DNA of 64,000 nucleotides from Candidatus Acidiferrum sp. (GTDB taxonomy: Bacteria > Acidobacteriota > Terriglobia > Acidiferrales > UBA7541). The stretch's first letter is position 1, and each line of letters begins with the position of its first letter. The stretch lies in NCBI GenBank assembly GCA_035602505.1, contig DATNMD010000049.1, positions 8,784 through 72,783 on the forward strand. Direction: 5' to 3'. Shown here one piece after another: positions 8,541 through 19,452 of this stretch. The translations under genes and the position numbers were made by a program. The notes beneath the pieces were generated by a model. That model saw only the letters and a program-made list of their open reading frames with translations, ran no database searches and was not told where the DNA came from.

Positions 8541-10292
8541 ATGAATATTCTGGGCATCAATGCGTATCACGGGAACGCGTCGGCGGCAGTGGTGTGCGAC
8601 GGCAGGCTTGTGGCCGCGGTTGAGGAAGAGCGGTTCAATCGCGTCAAGTACGCGGCGGGATTTCCGGCGCAGGCGATTCAGTACTGTTTGAAAGAAGCGG
8701 GTCTGAAGCTGGAGGAAATCGATCATGTGGCGGTGCCGCGAAATCCGTATGCTCGGCTGGGCACAAAACTGCTTTACGCGCTGCGCATGCCCTCGTTTGC
8801 GCGCGGACGGGCCAAGGTGCTTGCGAAATTTACCGGCGTACGCGAAGCATTGGCGGCGGCGTTTGGCAGCGACCCGAAAGCGATTGCGGCGGAATTTCAC
8901 CGGATCGAGCACCATCAGGCGCATCTGGCCAGCGCGTTTTTTGTTTCGCCGTTCGAGCGCGCGGCGCTACTTTCCGCCGATGGACTTGGGGATTTTGCGA
9001 GCACGATGTGGGGAAGCGGAAGCGGAAACCGCATGGATATTGACGATGCGATTGCGTTTCCGCACTCGCTGGGACTGTACTACACGGCGGTGACTCAGTA
9101 CCTAGGCTTTCTGAAATTCGGCGACGAATACAAAGTGATGGGGCTCGCGGCATACGGCAAGCCCGAGCAGCTCGAAGCGTTTCGCGACATAGTGCGATTT
9201 GACGCGAATGGAAACGGCAACGGGTTCCGCCTGGGACTTAATTATTTTGTCCATCATCGCACCGGACCGGAAATGAGCTGGGCAGAGGCGGATAAAACAC
9301 CGACGCTGGGAAAGCTTTTCTCTGGTGAGATGTCGCGACGGTTGGGTGCGGCACGGGCGCCAGAAGAACCGCTGGAGCAGCGCCACCGGAATTTGGCGGC
9401 GTCGCTGCAAGCGCGGCTGGAAGACGTTTATCTGGGGATGCTCAGGAAGCTGGCGAAGGCGACGGAGCTGAAATCGATTTGCCTGGCGGGCGGAGTGGCG
9501 TTCAACTGCGTGGCGAACGGGAAAATTTTTGAGAGCACTCCATTTGAGCAGGTGTACGTGCAGCCGGCTGCGGGTGATGCGGGGCTTGCAGTGGGAGCGG
9601 CGTACTACGTTTGGCACCAAAAACTGGGCCGGCCGCGCTCGTTTGTGATGGAGCACGCGTATTGGGGCCCGGGATTTTCAACTGCGGAGATTCGCGCGGC
9701 GATCGAGACGAGGGGTATGGCGCGCGAGGGCTATAGCGTTACGGAAATGCCGGCGCCGGAGTTGGCGCGGCGCGTGGCCGCGATTATCGCCGAGGGGAAA
9801 ATATTGGGATGGTTTCAGGGGCGCGCGGAATGGGGGCCGCGAGCGCTCGGAAATCGCAGCATTGTGGCCGATCCGCGGCGGGCGGATATGAAGGAAATTC
9901 TGAACCGGCGAATCAAGCACCGAGAGATTTTTCGGCCGTTTGCGCCATCGATTTTAGCGGAGGCGACAGGTGAGTGGTTTGAGAAGTCGCATCCTTCGCC
10001 GTTTATGACGCTGGCGTATGCGGTGCGGGCGGAAAAGCGCGCGCTGATTCCGGCGCCAACGCATGTGGACGGCACAGGACGATTGCAGACAGTTGCGCGG
10101 GAGTCCAATCCTCGATATCACGCACTGATTTCGGCGTTTCGCGATTTAACGGGTGTGCCGCTGGTGCTAAATACGTCGTTCAATGACAATGAGCCGATTG
10201 TTTGCCGGCCGGAAGAAGCAATCGATTGTTTCTTGCGGACTAAGATGGATGCCCTGGTGTTGGGAGATTTTCTTGTGACGCGCGGCTCGTGA
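8541..10292 (+). CDS. O-carbamoyltransferase, NodU/CmcH family
   Basis: EEERFNR, IEHHQAH, EYKVMGLAAYG, GGVAFNC, GPRALGNRS, RPFAP, HVDGTGRLQTV and LNTSFN. Confidence 0.95.
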   Translation: MNILGINAYHGNASAAVVCDGRLVAAVEEERFNRVKYAAGFPAQAIQYCLKEAGLKLEEIDHVAVPRNPYARLGTKLLYALRMPSFARGRAKVLAKFTGVREALAAAFGSDPKAIAAEFHRIEHHQAHLASAFFVSPFERAALLSADGLGDFASTMWGSGSGNRMDIDDAIAFPHSLGLYYTAVTQYLGFLKFGDEYKVMGLAAYGKPEQLEAFRDIVRFDANGNGNGFRLGLNYFVHHRTGPEMSWAEADKTPTLGKLFSGEMSRRLGAARAPEEPLEQRHRNLAASLQARLEDVYLGMLRKLAKATELKSICLAGGVAFNCVANGKIFESTPFEQVYVQPAAGDAGLAVGAAYYVWHQKLGRPRSFVMEHAYWGPGFSTAEIRAAIETRGMAREGYSVTEMPAPELARRVAAIIAEGKILGWFQGRAEWGPRALGNRSIVADPRRADMKEILNRRIKHREIFRPFAPSILAEATGEWFEKSHPSPFMTLAYAVRAEKRALIPAPTHVDGTGRLQTVARESNPRYHALISAFRDLTGVPLVLNTSFNDNEPIVCRPEEAIDCFLRTKMDALVLGDFLVTRGS

Positions 10293-10380
10293 GACGCAGT
10301 CTCAGCGCATTGCTCCTCTTCGATAACGATCTCATACAACGCGTGAGCACGGTGCCTGCTGCTGCTTGTACAATCTTGCG

Positions 10381-11601
10381 GTGCGAATTCTCCTGCTGAA
10401 TCTTTACTACCCGCCGGACACCTCTGCAACGGCGAAGATGGCGCAGACGGTTGTGAATGCGCTTTCGGCTGCGCATGAGGTCACGGTAATTTGCGGGCGG
10501 CCCTCATACGACCCTACGGAGCGAAGAGCTTGGCGCTTGTGGCAAACGGAGAAGCCAAGCAGATCGCTGCAACCCGGTGGAGCGAAGATTATCCGCGTGG
10601 GATCGACGGACTATTCGCGGACGCAGATGGGGCGGAGGGTGGTGAATTATCTTACATATGTTGCGCTGAGCGTGCCGCGGGCGGTGTTTGTGCGCTGCGA
10701 TGTGGTGCTTGGGATGACTGACCCGCCGTTCGAGGGAATTGTGGCGGCGTTTGTGGCGCTGCTGAAGGGCAAACGGTTTGTCTACAACATTCGCGATTTG
10801 TATCCAGATATGGCTGTAGGTGGTTCGATCATGAAGGAAGGGCTGCTGACGCGGGTGTGGGAGAGACTGCACAGGTGGGCGCTGCGGAAGGCGACGCGCG
10901 TGGTGGCGCTTGGCGAAGATATGCGCGCGCGAATTGTCGCGAAGGGCGTGAGGTCGGAACGTGTCGTAGTGGTCCGCGACGGAGCGGAGATTTGTGAAGC
11001 GGGGTCTGAGCCTGCGGTGGACGCTGACGTGGTGCGGGCGATTCGAAGCGATTTCAAATTTGTGCTGCTGCACGCCGGGAATCTGGGGTTTTACGGGACG
11101 TGGGGAACTTTGATAGCGGCGGCGCAGAAACTGCAGGACGAGGAAATCGGGCTGGTTTTCGTTGGGGACGGCGCGCAACGGGCGCAGATCGAAGCGGCGG
11201 CGCTTGGGTGCAGGAACGTGCGCTTCCTCCCATTTTTCCCGGCGAGCAAAATTGCATCCGTGCTGGCGGCGCCGGACGCACACATTGTAACGGTCGGGCG
11301 CGGGTTGGAAGGCGTGATCGTACCGAGCAAGATGTACGGAATTCTGGCGGCGGGCAAACCGATTGTGGCTGTTGCATCGCGCGAGACGGATGTTGCTGCT
11401 ATTGGGGAGAAGCGCGGGTTCGCAATCTGCGCGGACCCGGACGATGCTTTGCAGGTTGCAGATGCGGTTCGCCAGATTTTTCGGAGCGCAGAGAAACTGC
11501 GAAGGATGGGCGAGGCAGCGCGGGCGTCAGCTAATGACTATGATAGAGTCAACGAACTGCGGAAATTTGTGCGGATTATTGAGGAGGCGCGTCTAGCGTG
11601 A
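10381..11601 (+). CDS. Glycosyltransferase family 4 (WcaI-like)
   Basis: MRILLLNLYYPPDTSATA start (GTG 10381), HAGNLG and PSKMYGILAAGKPIV. Confidence 0.9.
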   Translation: MRILLLNLYYPPDTSATAKMAQTVVNALSAAHEVTVICGRPSYDPTERRAWRLWQTEKPSRSLQPGGAKIIRVGSTDYSRTQMGRRVVNYLTYVALSVPRAVFVRCDVVLGMTDPPFEGIVAAFVALLKGKRFVYNIRDLYPDMAVGGSIMKEGLLTRVWERLHRWALRKATRVVALGEDMRARIVAKGVRSERVVVVRDGAEICEAGSEPAVDADVVRAIRSDFKFVLLHAGNLGFYGTWGTLIAAAQKLQDEEIGLVFVGDGAQRAQIEAAALGCRNVRFLPFFPASKIASVLAAPDAHIVTVGRGLEGVIVPSKMYGILAAGKPIVAVASRETDVAAIGEKRGFAICADPDDALQVADAVRQIFRSAEKLRRMGEAARASANDYDRVNELRKFVRIIEEARLA

Positions 11602-12626
11602 CACCGGCGGAGAGTTTTTGGAGCGGGAAACTTGCGCTTGTGACGGGAGGAGCGTCGTTCATCGGCTCGACGCTGACGGATCAGCTTTTGGCACGCGGCG
11701 CAAGGGTGCGCATCGTCGACGACCTTTCAAGCGGACACCTGGACAATATTCGCGGGCACCTTGGCGGCGAAGTGGATTTTCTGCATGCGGATTTGCGCGA
11801 GCCGGGCGTCACGCGAGCGGCGATGCACGGTGTGGACACGGTGTTCCATCTTGCGGCGGATCACGGCGGCCGGGGATACGTGGATTTGCACCAGGCAGGG
11901 CCGGCGTCGAATTTTTTCCTCGACGGGCTGGTGTTTGCGGAAGCGTTGCGGGCGAAGGTGAAAAAAGTGGTGTTCGCTTCGTCGGGCTGCGTGTATCCGA
12001 ATTTCTTGCAGTCGGACATCCACAAAGAGATTTACCTGACCGAGGATCTGACTAGCGGTCCTAATGACGCGGACAACACGTACGGCTGGGCCAAGCTGAT
12101 GGGCGAGTTCACGCTGAAGGCATACGCGAAGGAGCACGGCATGGGAGCGGCGTCGTGCCGCTACTTTACGGTGTACGGGCCGCGCGGCGTGGAAAATCAT
12201 GCGGTGATCGCGATGATCGCGCGCGCGTTTCTGGGGCAGAATCCGTTTGAGATTTGGGGCGACGGCTCGCAAATACGAAATTGGACGTATATTGACGACA
12301 TTGTCGAGGGCACGATCCTGGCGGGAGAGAAAATCATCGACGGCACAGCCATCAATCTGGGAACGATGGAGCGCATCACGGTGCTCGACTGCGCGAAGAT
12401 GGTTTGCGAGTTCACCAAACACAAAGCAGAAATAAAAAAGCGGCCGGACATGCCTACCGGGCCGCTGAACCGGGTGGCGGACAACGCGCTTGCCAAACGA
12501 TTGCTTGGCTGGGAGCCGAAGGTGCCGTTTCGCGAGGGGCTGAAGCGCACGATCGATTGGTACTTCTCGAGCAAGGACCGGAAAGAAGTGGAGCGGATTT
12601 TCGGGCGAATGCTCACGGAGCGGTGA
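11598..12626 (+). CDS. NAD-dependent epimerase/dehydratase (extended SDR)
   Basis: VTGGASFIGS, YGWAK (YxxxK) and RYFTVYGPR. Confidence 0.9.
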   Translation: MTPAESFWSGKLALVTGGASFIGSTLTDQLLARGARVRIVDDLSSGHLDNIRGHLGGEVDFLHADLREPGVTRAAMHGVDTVFHLAADHGGRGYVDLHQAGPASNFFLDGLVFAEALRAKVKKVVFASSGCVYPNFLQSDIHKEIYLTEDLTSGPNDADNTYGWAKLMGEFTLKAYAKEHGMGAASCRYFTVYGPRGVENHAVIAMIARAFLGQNPFEIWGDGSQIRNWTYIDDIVEGTILAGEKIIDGTAINLGTMERITVLDCAKMVCEFTKHKAEIKKRPDMPTGPLNRVADNALAKRLLGWEPKVPFREGLKRTIDWYFSSKDRKEVERIFGRMLTER

Positions 12627-12796
12627 GGCGCCGGAATCTTCTGGCAGAGCCGCAATTTCCGAAGTATTGTGATTAGGCTGCGTGGGGCAGTTGTTGGTGT
12701 GTCTTGGGAGCCGGCCCCCAACGGGCAATTCATGTGAAACACCGCCTGTGCAGTGTTGCCTGCACCGGTGAGTTACTTCCATTCCGACGAGGTGGT

Positions 12797-13837
12797 ATGT
12801 CAGCCGGCGTGCTGGCGTTTTTCATTGCGCTTTTTGCGTCCATGATGCTCACGGTACCGGTGCGTGCGCTGGCGTTGCGCGTGGGGATGGTGGACCTGCC
12901 GGGTCCGCGCAAAGTGCATGTGCAGCCGATACCCCTGCTGGGTGGACTGGCGATGTACGGCGGGGTGATGCTGGCGATTATTTTTGCGTTTGACGGAGCC
13001 GCGCGAGAGCAAAGCGTGGGGATCGTGACGGGCGCGACGCTGGTGGCAGCGGTTGGCTTTTTGGATGATCGCGGCTGGTTACATCACCAAATCAAGCTTT
13101 TCGTAGGAATGCCGTTAGCCGCTTGTATTCTTCTGGCGAGCGGAATTCATGCGCAGGTGTTCGAACTGTTTGTTCCCGGACGCACGGGATACCTGCTGGA
13201 CGCGGCGCTGACCATCTTCTGGGTGGTGGCTATCACCGCGTCGTTCAGCATACTGGACCACATGGACGGGCTGTGCGCAGGGGTTGCGGCGACAGCTTCG
13301 TTCTTTTTTGCATTGCTCGCGTTTTTGAACGGTCAAATCGTGGTGTCGACGCTGGCTGCTGCGGTTTTTGGCGCTGCTAGCGGCTTTCTGCGTTGGAACT
13401 TCAAACCGGCGAAGATTTTCATGGGTGACGGCGGAGCGATGTTCCTGGGTTTCCTTATGGCGACGTTGGCGTTGAAGCTGAGACTGAGCCAGGGGAACCA
13501 TGCAGCGGCGCTTCTGGCTCCGCTGCTGATTCTCGGCGTCACCATTTTCGATACGACGCTGGTCACCATTTCGCGCGCGCGACGAGGACTGCTACCGTTT
13601 GCCGCGCCCGGAAAGGATCATGCCGCGCACAGGTTAGCGAATCTAGGATTGGGGCAGCGGGGCGCGGTGTTGGCGCTGTACCTGCTTGGCGCGGTGAGCG
13701 GAGCATCGGCAGTCTTGATTTCCTACATTTCGGCGAAGGCGGCGCTGTTGCTCGCCGCCGTCGTGATCGCGGCGATGTTATTTGCCATTGCGATGTTGGA
13801 GAGGGCACCATACGAACGGCAGGCGGCAAAGTCCTGA
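12797..13837 (+). CDS. Undecaprenyl-phosphate sugar-1-phosphate transferase, MraY/WecA family
   Basis: GAGG-type SD before ATG 12797; DLPGPRKVH..PIPLLGG, GFLDD, DHMDGL, IFMGDGG and HAAHRL; many TM segments. Confidence 0.92.
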   Translation: MSAGVLAFFIALFASMMLTVPVRALALRVGMVDLPGPRKVHVQPIPLLGGLAMYGGVMLAIIFAFDGAAREQSVGIVTGATLVAAVGFLDDRGWLHHQIKLFVGMPLAACILLASGIHAQVFELFVPGRTGYLLDAALTIFWVVAITASFSILDHMDGLCAGVAATASFFFALLAFLNGQIVVSTLAAAVFGAASGFLRWNFKPAKIFMGDGGAMFLGFLMATLALKLRLSQGNHAAALLAPLLILGVTIFDTTLVTISRARRGLLPFAAPGKDHAAHRLANLGLGQRGAVLALYLLGAVSGASAVLISYISAKAALLLAAVVIAAMLFAIAMLERAPYERQAAKS

Positions 13838-13898
13838 GCGTGTGACCGAGCGCCAGCCAGATCCGGCGTTTTCTCTACAGTTTCGTTGCCGTCGAGGT

Positions 13899-13926
13899 TT
13901 GCCGCGGCAGTCGGATTCGCTATACT
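13899..13926 (+). promoter_or_regulatory. sigma70-like promoter upstream of the flavoprotein gene
   Basis: TTGCCG (13899-13904), 16 nt spacer, TATACT (13921-13926). Confidence 0.45.
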
Positions 13927-14049
13927 TACGTCGGTCGCTCACTCACCCACTCCTTCCGTGCTCAGCAGGATCGGGAAAGCGGTTGCCCCGGGAAACCGCG
14001 GAAGCCGATGACCGTGAATTTGCAGACGTGCTGAAGGCCAAGGCAAAAA

Positions 14050-15231
14050 TTGTTGCAACCGAACCAGGAAAAGAGACGGCGCGAACAGGTAATTGTTGTG
14101 GGAGGTTCCGCGGCCGGATTTTATACCGCCGCCAAGGTGGCTCAGGGCGGCAAGCGTGTGCGTGTGCTGGAGTCCAAGCGCGGCTTGGAGCCGGCGCCGC
14201 GGACGCTCATCGTGACGGATCACTTCCGCAAACAACTGGGAGTTTCGGCTAACGAAAGCGTTCTGAACGAGATTCGGCGTTTCGAACTCTTCACGGACGG
14301 CCGCTCCGCCCAGGTCGCGCTGACCAAGCCGGACCTTATCATCGAGCGGGCGAAATTGATTCCGGCGCTGGCGCGAGAGGCGCGGCAGGCTGGCGCGGAA
14401 ATTTCTTTCGATACTCGCTTTCTCGGATTGTGCACGAACGCGAATAGCATTCACGTGCAGGTTGAATCCAGCGGACGGCGCGAAGAGTTGCCCGCCAACA
14501 GCGTGGTGGGAGCGGACGGCGCGGCGAGCCGCGTGGCGCGAACGGCGGGCTGGGCGCCTATTGACACCGTGCCGCTCGTGCAGGCCATTGTGCGCTTGCC
14601 GAAGGACTGCCCGGTGGATACGACACGCGTCTGGTTCGTGCCGGACGACACGCCGTATTTCTACTGGCTGATTCCGGAATCAGCGGAGCGTGGCGCGCTG
14701 GGCGTAATCGGAGAGGATGGCCGCGATACGGCGCGATGCCTGGCGCGATTCCTGGAGAAAAAAGGAATGGAGCCGCTCGAATGGCAAGGCGCCCGAATCC
14801 CCATGTACAAGCGCTGGGTGCCGGTAAAGAGGCGGGTGGGAAAAGGGAACGTGTACCTGGTGGGGGACGCCGCGGCGCAAGTCAAGGTGTCCACCGTAGG
14901 GGGAATCGTTACTGGCTTTCGGGGGGCGCAGGCCGTGGCGGAGTCGATTTTGCAAGGCGGCCTGGGCAGGGAACTGCTGGCCCTGCGGCGGGAACTAAGC
15001 ACGCATTGGCTGCTGCGGCGAACAATGCACTATTTTCAGCAGAAAGATTACTCGCGGTTAGTGGATCTGCTCAACGCGGCTACGCGGGAAACACTTAGTG
15101 AAATCACGCGCGATGAATCGACGCGGCTGCTGTGGAACGTGTTGCGCCGCCAGCCTCAACTCGTGCTGCTGGGGCTCCGGGGGCTGCTGTTGGGGTGGAA
15201 CAGCGAGCGGCGCCAGGACGGCGGCACATAG
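14050..15231 (+). CDS. FAD-dependent oxidoreductase, geranylgeranyl reductase-like
   Basis: VIVVGGSAAG Rossmann start, VVGADGAAS and YLVGDAAAQVK..VGGIVTG. Confidence 0.8.
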   Translation: MLQPNQEKRRREQVIVVGGSAAGFYTAAKVAQGGKRVRVLESKRGLEPAPRTLIVTDHFRKQLGVSANESVLNEIRRFELFTDGRSAQVALTKPDLIIERAKLIPALAREARQAGAEISFDTRFLGLCTNANSIHVQVESSGRREELPANSVVGADGAASRVARTAGWAPIDTVPLVQAIVRLPKDCPVDTTRVWFVPDDTPYFYWLIPESAERGALGVIGEDGRDTARCLARFLEKKGMEPLEWQGARIPMYKRWVPVKRRVGKGNVYLVGDAAAQVKVSTVGGIVTGFRGAQAVAESILQGGLGRELLALRRELSTHWLLRRTMHYFQQKDYSRLVDLLNAATRETLSEITRDESTRLLWNVLRRQPQLVLLGLRGLLLGWNSERRQDGGT

Positions 15232-15273
15232 GAATGTATGTGAGCATAAAGAATCTTTGCCCGGAGGACTAGA

Positions 15274-16623
15274 TTGCGTCTTTCCGTAGTTGGCTGTGGT
15301 TACGTCGGGCTGGTGACCGGCGCATGTCTCGCCGAAGCGGGCCACGAGGTCGTTTGCACGGACATTGATGAGAAGCGGATCGCCCAGCTCCAGGCGGGAG
15401 GCGTGCCGATCTACGAGCACCACTTGGAGAAAATCCTGGAGTCGGCGCGAAGTGGCGGAAAAATTTCGTACACTTCGGACGCCGGTGAAGCGATACGCAA
15501 CGGCGACGCCATCTTCATTTGCGTAGGCACACCGCCAAAAGAAGACGGCGATGCGGATCTTTCTGCAATCGACCACGTAGCGCGTCAGATTGCCACGGAG
15601 GCGCGATCTCCGAAGCTGGTGATCGAAAAAAGCACGGTGCCGGCTCGTACCGGACTGGAATTGCGGCGAGCGCTCACGGCCTACTCGCGCAACAGCGGCT
15701 TGACATTTCGCGTAGCGTCCAATCCGGAGTTCCTTCGCGAAGGGACGGCCGTATCGGATTTTTTTCACCCTGACCGCATTGTGGTCGGCGTGGAGGACGA
15801 GGCCTCGGCGCGCGATATGCGGGAGATTTACCGGCCGATCCTGGAGCGCTCCTTTCGCTGCCCGGTGCACGACGGCACGTGCCCTCCCGGGGGTGCCGTG
15901 GACCTGCTTATCACCACGATCAACAGCGCGGAGCTCATCAAGCATGCGTCCAACTCATTTTTGGCGTTGAAAATCAGCTACGCCAATGTGATTGCCGACC
16001 TTTGCGAGAAAATCGGCGCGAACGTCGAGGAAGTGACGCACGCGATGGGATTGGATCCGCGCATCGGCACGCAATTCCTGCGCGCGGGGCTGGGCTTCGG
16101 CGGCTTTTGTTTTCCAAAGGATTTGCAGGCGTTCATCCATCTAGCTGGGACGGTGGGCGTGGATTTCGACATTCTAAAAGCGGCCGAGCGTGTCAATAAG
16201 CAGCGGATCGAACGATTTTTCGACAAAGTGCGCCAGGCACTGTGGGTAGTAAAAGGAAAGCGCGTCGCCGTGCTCGGACTGGCGTTCAAAGCGAATACCG
16301 ACGACATCCGATTCTCGCCGGCGCTGGAAGTCGTGAAAGAACTGCTCCGGCAAGGAGCCCAGGTACAGGCCACGGATCCTGAAGCGATTTCCAGAGCTAC
16401 GACGCTTTTTCCCGCGGCTAGTTACTACGAAGATCCGTACGATGCTTTGCGTGACGCGGAAGCGGCGCTGGTCTGTACGGAATGGGATGTATTTCGAGAC
16501 CTCGACTGGGAACGCGCCGGGAAACTCATGGCGCGGCGGCTGGTGATTGACGGCAGGAACCTATATTCGCCGTCGTCGATGCGCGGGCTTGGCTTCGAAT
16601 ACCATTCGTTCGGGCGAGAATAA
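15274..16623 (+). CDS. ugd: UDP-glucose 6-dehydrogenase
   Basis: VVGCGYVGL, CVGTP, EKSTVP, SNPEFLREG, GFGGFCFPKD and GLAFKANTDDIR. Confidence 0.93.
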   Translation: MRLSVVGCGYVGLVTGACLAEAGHEVVCTDIDEKRIAQLQAGGVPIYEHHLEKILESARSGGKISYTSDAGEAIRNGDAIFICVGTPPKEDGDADLSAIDHVARQIATEARSPKLVIEKSTVPARTGLELRRALTAYSRNSGLTFRVASNPEFLREGTAVSDFFHPDRIVVGVEDEASARDMREIYRPILERSFRCPVHDGTCPPGGAVDLLITTINSAELIKHASNSFLALKISYANVIADLCEKIGANVEEVTHAMGLDPRIGTQFLRAGLGFGGFCFPKDLQAFIHLAGTVGVDFDILKAAERVNKQRIERFFDKVRQALWVVKGKRVAVLGLAFKANTDDIRFSPALEVVKELLRQGAQVQATDPEAISRATTLFPAASYYEDPYDALRDAEAALVCTEWDVFRDLDWERAGKLMARRLVIDGRNLYSPSSMRGLGFEYHSFGRE

Positions 16624-16651
16624 TTTTCACAGATCAGTAAGTTGAACGCTA

Positions 16652-17605
16652 CTAAACAGCGGCGGTCTGCTTGCCAGCGAAGTACTCTTTGAAATAGTCC
16701 AGCGTAGTGCGCAAGCCGTCCTCCAGACCCACCTTCGGTTCCCAACCTAGAATACGCTTGGCTTTGCCAATGTCCGGGCAGCGCTGCTTGGGGTCGTCTT
16801 GCGGCAAAGGTTCGAAAATAATCTTGGGCGCGTTTTCAAAATGGGCGCGAATGCGTTCCGCAAATTGAAGAATGGTGATTTCCTGCGGATTGCCAATATT
16901 CACGGGCAAATGTTCGTCGGATAACATCAGGCGGTAAATTCCCTCAATCAAATCGGAAACGTAGCAGAAGCTACGCGTCTGCTTGCCATCACCGTAGACG
17001 GTGAGGGGCTTCCCGGTGAGAGCTTGGTGAACAAAGTTGGGGAGGGCGCGGCCGTCATTTAAACGCATGCGAGGCCCGTAGGTATTGAAAATGCGCACAA
17101 TGCGCGTGTCCACGCTGTGGGAGCGGTGATACGCCATGGTCATGGCTTCGGCGTAACGTTTGGCTTCGTCGTAGACGCCGCGAGGCCCGATCGAATTCAC
17201 ATGCCCCCAGTATGTTTCCGGCTGCGGAGAAACTTCCGGATCACCGTAGCATTCGCTAGTGGAAGCCAGAAAAAATTTGGCGTTTTTAGCGAGCGCGAGC
17301 CCGAGTGCGTTGTGAGTACCCAGCGCGCCGACCTTTAGGGTTTGAATGGGCATTTTCAAATAATCGACGGGACTGGCCGGGGAAGCGAAGTGCAAGACGT
17401 AGTCAACCGGGCCGGCAACGTCGATGTAATTGGAGACGTCCGCCCGCGCGATGCGGAAGCGTGGGTGTTTCTGTAGATGAGCGATGTTCGAGTCCACGCC
17501 CGTAACAAGGTTGTCGAGCGACAGAACGTCCCATCCCTCCGTGATCAGGCGATCGCAGAGATGTGAACCCAGAAAACCCGCTCCGCCAGTAACTACTGCA
17601 CGCAT
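16652..17605 (-). CDS. UDP-glucuronic acid decarboxylase (UXS-like SDR)
   Basis: [17 protein letters not shown] start at 17605, [24 protein letters not shown] and FNTYGPRM. Confidence 0.92.
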   Translation of the reverse strand: MRAVVTGGAGFLGSHLCDRLITEGWDVLSLDNLVTGVDSNIAHLQKHPRFRIARADVSNYIDVAGPVDYVLHFASPASPVDYLKMPIQTLKVGALGTHNALGLALAKNAKFFLASTSECYGDPEVSPQPETYWGHVNSIGPRGVYDEAKRYAEAMTMAYHRSHSVDTRIVRIFNTYGPRMRLNDGRALPNFVHQALTGKPLTVYGDGKQTRSFCYVSDLIEGIYRLMLSDEHLPVNIGNPQEITILQFAERIRAHFENAPKIIFEPLPQDDPKQRCPDIGKAKRILGWEPKVGLEDGLRTTLDYFKEYFAGKQTAAV

Positions 17606-17692
17606 GCAACCTCCCAAGAAATGCTGATCGGCAAGTTTATCGCGCCGGACAGCGATTGACCACATTGTTGGGCCGCGATACCATGCGCCCGC

Positions 17693-18361
17693 TTGTTTAT
17701 GGACAGCAGCGCAGATGCACCGCACGCCCCGAAGCGCCACTTCCTCCGGGCGATTATTCTCACCTTGATTGTTGGGCTAATCGTCTTGGCCGCGATCATT
17801 TTCCTTGGCGTGGGCCGATGGCTGATAGTTGAAGATCCGCTTGACAAGGCCCAAGCAATTGCCGTCCTTAGCGGGCGAATCCCCATGCGGGCCAAGGAAG
17901 CGGCACGCTTATACAAAGCCGGCTATGCACCGCAAGTTTGGCTGACCCGCGCCAATGAACCTGCTGCATCACTCCAGGAAATGCATATCGCTTACATCGG
18001 CGAGGACTTCTTCAACTCACGAGTTTTGATGCACGAAGGGGTGCCATCGAATGCAATCCTTGCGCTCGAGCCTCCTATAGACAATACGGTTGATGAAGTT
18101 CGGGCCATTGCGGCCGAGTTGGAGCGGGAGAAGGGCGGCGCGGTGATTATCGTTACCACGAAGGCGCACACGCGGCGGGTGCGCACGCTGTGGAAGGAGT
18201 TTTCGGGTGGGCGGGGGAGAGCCATCGTGCGGGCTGCTCCCACCGATCCGTTTGCGCCTGACCACTGGTGGCGCGCGACGGGTGATGCCCTGGACGTGGT
18301 GCGGGAAGTTCTGGGTCTGTTGAACGCATGGGCGGGCCTGCCTCTGCATCCTTCGCGGTGA
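17693..18361 (+). CDS. YdcF/DUF218 family membrane-anchored protein
   Basis: N-terminal TM helix, AIAVLSG, NTVDE and [12 protein letters not shown]. Confidence 0.8.
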   Translation: MFMDSSADAPHAPKRHFLRAIILTLIVGLIVLAAIIFLGVGRWLIVEDPLDKAQAIAVLSGRIPMRAKEAARLYKAGYAPQVWLTRANEPAASLQEMHIAYIGEDFFNSRVLMHEGVPSNAILALEPPIDNTVDEVRAIAAELEREKGGAVIIVTTKAHTRRVRTLWKEFSGGRGRAIVRAAPTDPFAPDHWWRATGDALDVVREVLGLLNAWAGLPLHPSR

Positions 18362-18367
18362 CGGAAC

Positions 18368-19138
18368 TCAGAAGAAGAAAAACCTTCTACGCCGCGGCGA
18401 AACCTTTTCATCGGGGATTTCCGGGACGTACGGAAGGTCTCGTCCTTCAAAAGCGGCCAGCGGGTTTTCGAGAAACAGGGCGCGCGCCTTCTCGTCACCA
18501 AATTGCTTGCTTACCGCGTCATAAGCGGCCTGCAAACGCAGCGGCCTGCGCTTGGTGTTGTGCGCATCGCTGGCGACAAAGTGCACAAAGCCTTGCGCTA
18601 TCCAGCACAAAGAATCTTCCTGCGCTCGCGGACCGAAGGTTCCTGTCAGGGAACCGGCCGTGACCTGAACAAAGCAACCCAGCCGCGCCCATTTTGTCAG
18701 TCGCTCGGGCTGGCGGCAAAGAATGGCATTCCGCTCGGGATGGGTGATTATGGGTCGCAGGCCCTTGAGCTGCAGACCGTGCAGTGTGTCATCCATGGAG
18801 GGCGGGATGGAGATTTCGTTGAACTCGACAAGCAGGTAATCGTGCTGGTTGATGCAAAAGGGCGAGGCGTCAGCCCGCAAGGCCTCGAGATTTTCCGGGT
18901 TAAGATGAAAGTCGCATCCCGTAGCCAGCTTAAGCCGGTCACCAATCTCGCCTTGCAGGTGTTCGCGCAGACGCTGGACGCGCGCATAATCGAAAGGATA
19001 TTCGTTGCTGCAATGCGGCGTAGCGACGACATGCGTGATGCCGTCGGCGATCGCCGATTCGGCCATGGCCAGAGACTCTTCGATGCCCTGGGGGCCGTCA
19101 TCAAGACCTGGCAAAATGTGGCAGTGCACATCCACCAT
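18368..19138 (-). CDS. Tyrosine-protein phosphatase, CpsB/CapC (PHP) family
   Basis: VDVHCHILPGLDDG, VATPH, IITHPERN and VASDAH. Confidence 0.93.
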   Translation of the reverse strand: MVDVHCHILPGLDDGPQGIEESLAMAESAIADGITHVVATPHCSNEYPFDYARVQRLREHLQGEIGDRLKLATGCDFHLNPENLEALRADASPFCINQHDYLLVEFNEISIPPSMDDTLHGLQLKGLRPIITHPERNAILCRQPERLTKWARLGCFVQVTAGSLTGTFGPRAQEDSLCWIAQGFVHFVASDAHNTKRRPLRLQAAYDAVSKQFGDEKARALFLENPLAAFEGRDLPYVPEIPDEKVSPRRRRFFFF

Positions 19139-19452
19139 GGGATTCGCAAACTCCTCGCCGTGCTAGCACCGCAGTGCTGCTATACCTCAGGCGCTCCCGT
19201 GCGTCTGAGCGAAAATTGCATCCGCTGCTTGCTGAATGCCGGTTGCGCCTTCGACTGCCGGCTGGAAACGTTGGGCGCGGGCCTACTATCTTGCTCCGTT
19301 TTGCCAGGCAATCGCAACGGCCCTGACTTTCGGCAACACCTCTGAAGGGCGTTTTTTTTGCGCGCGCCGTGAACCCTGTTATATTTATTCGGCTCTTCAG
19401 GGGGCTTTGCGGCCTGTGTATCCCCAAATAGTTTAGGAGTGCAACGCGACTC

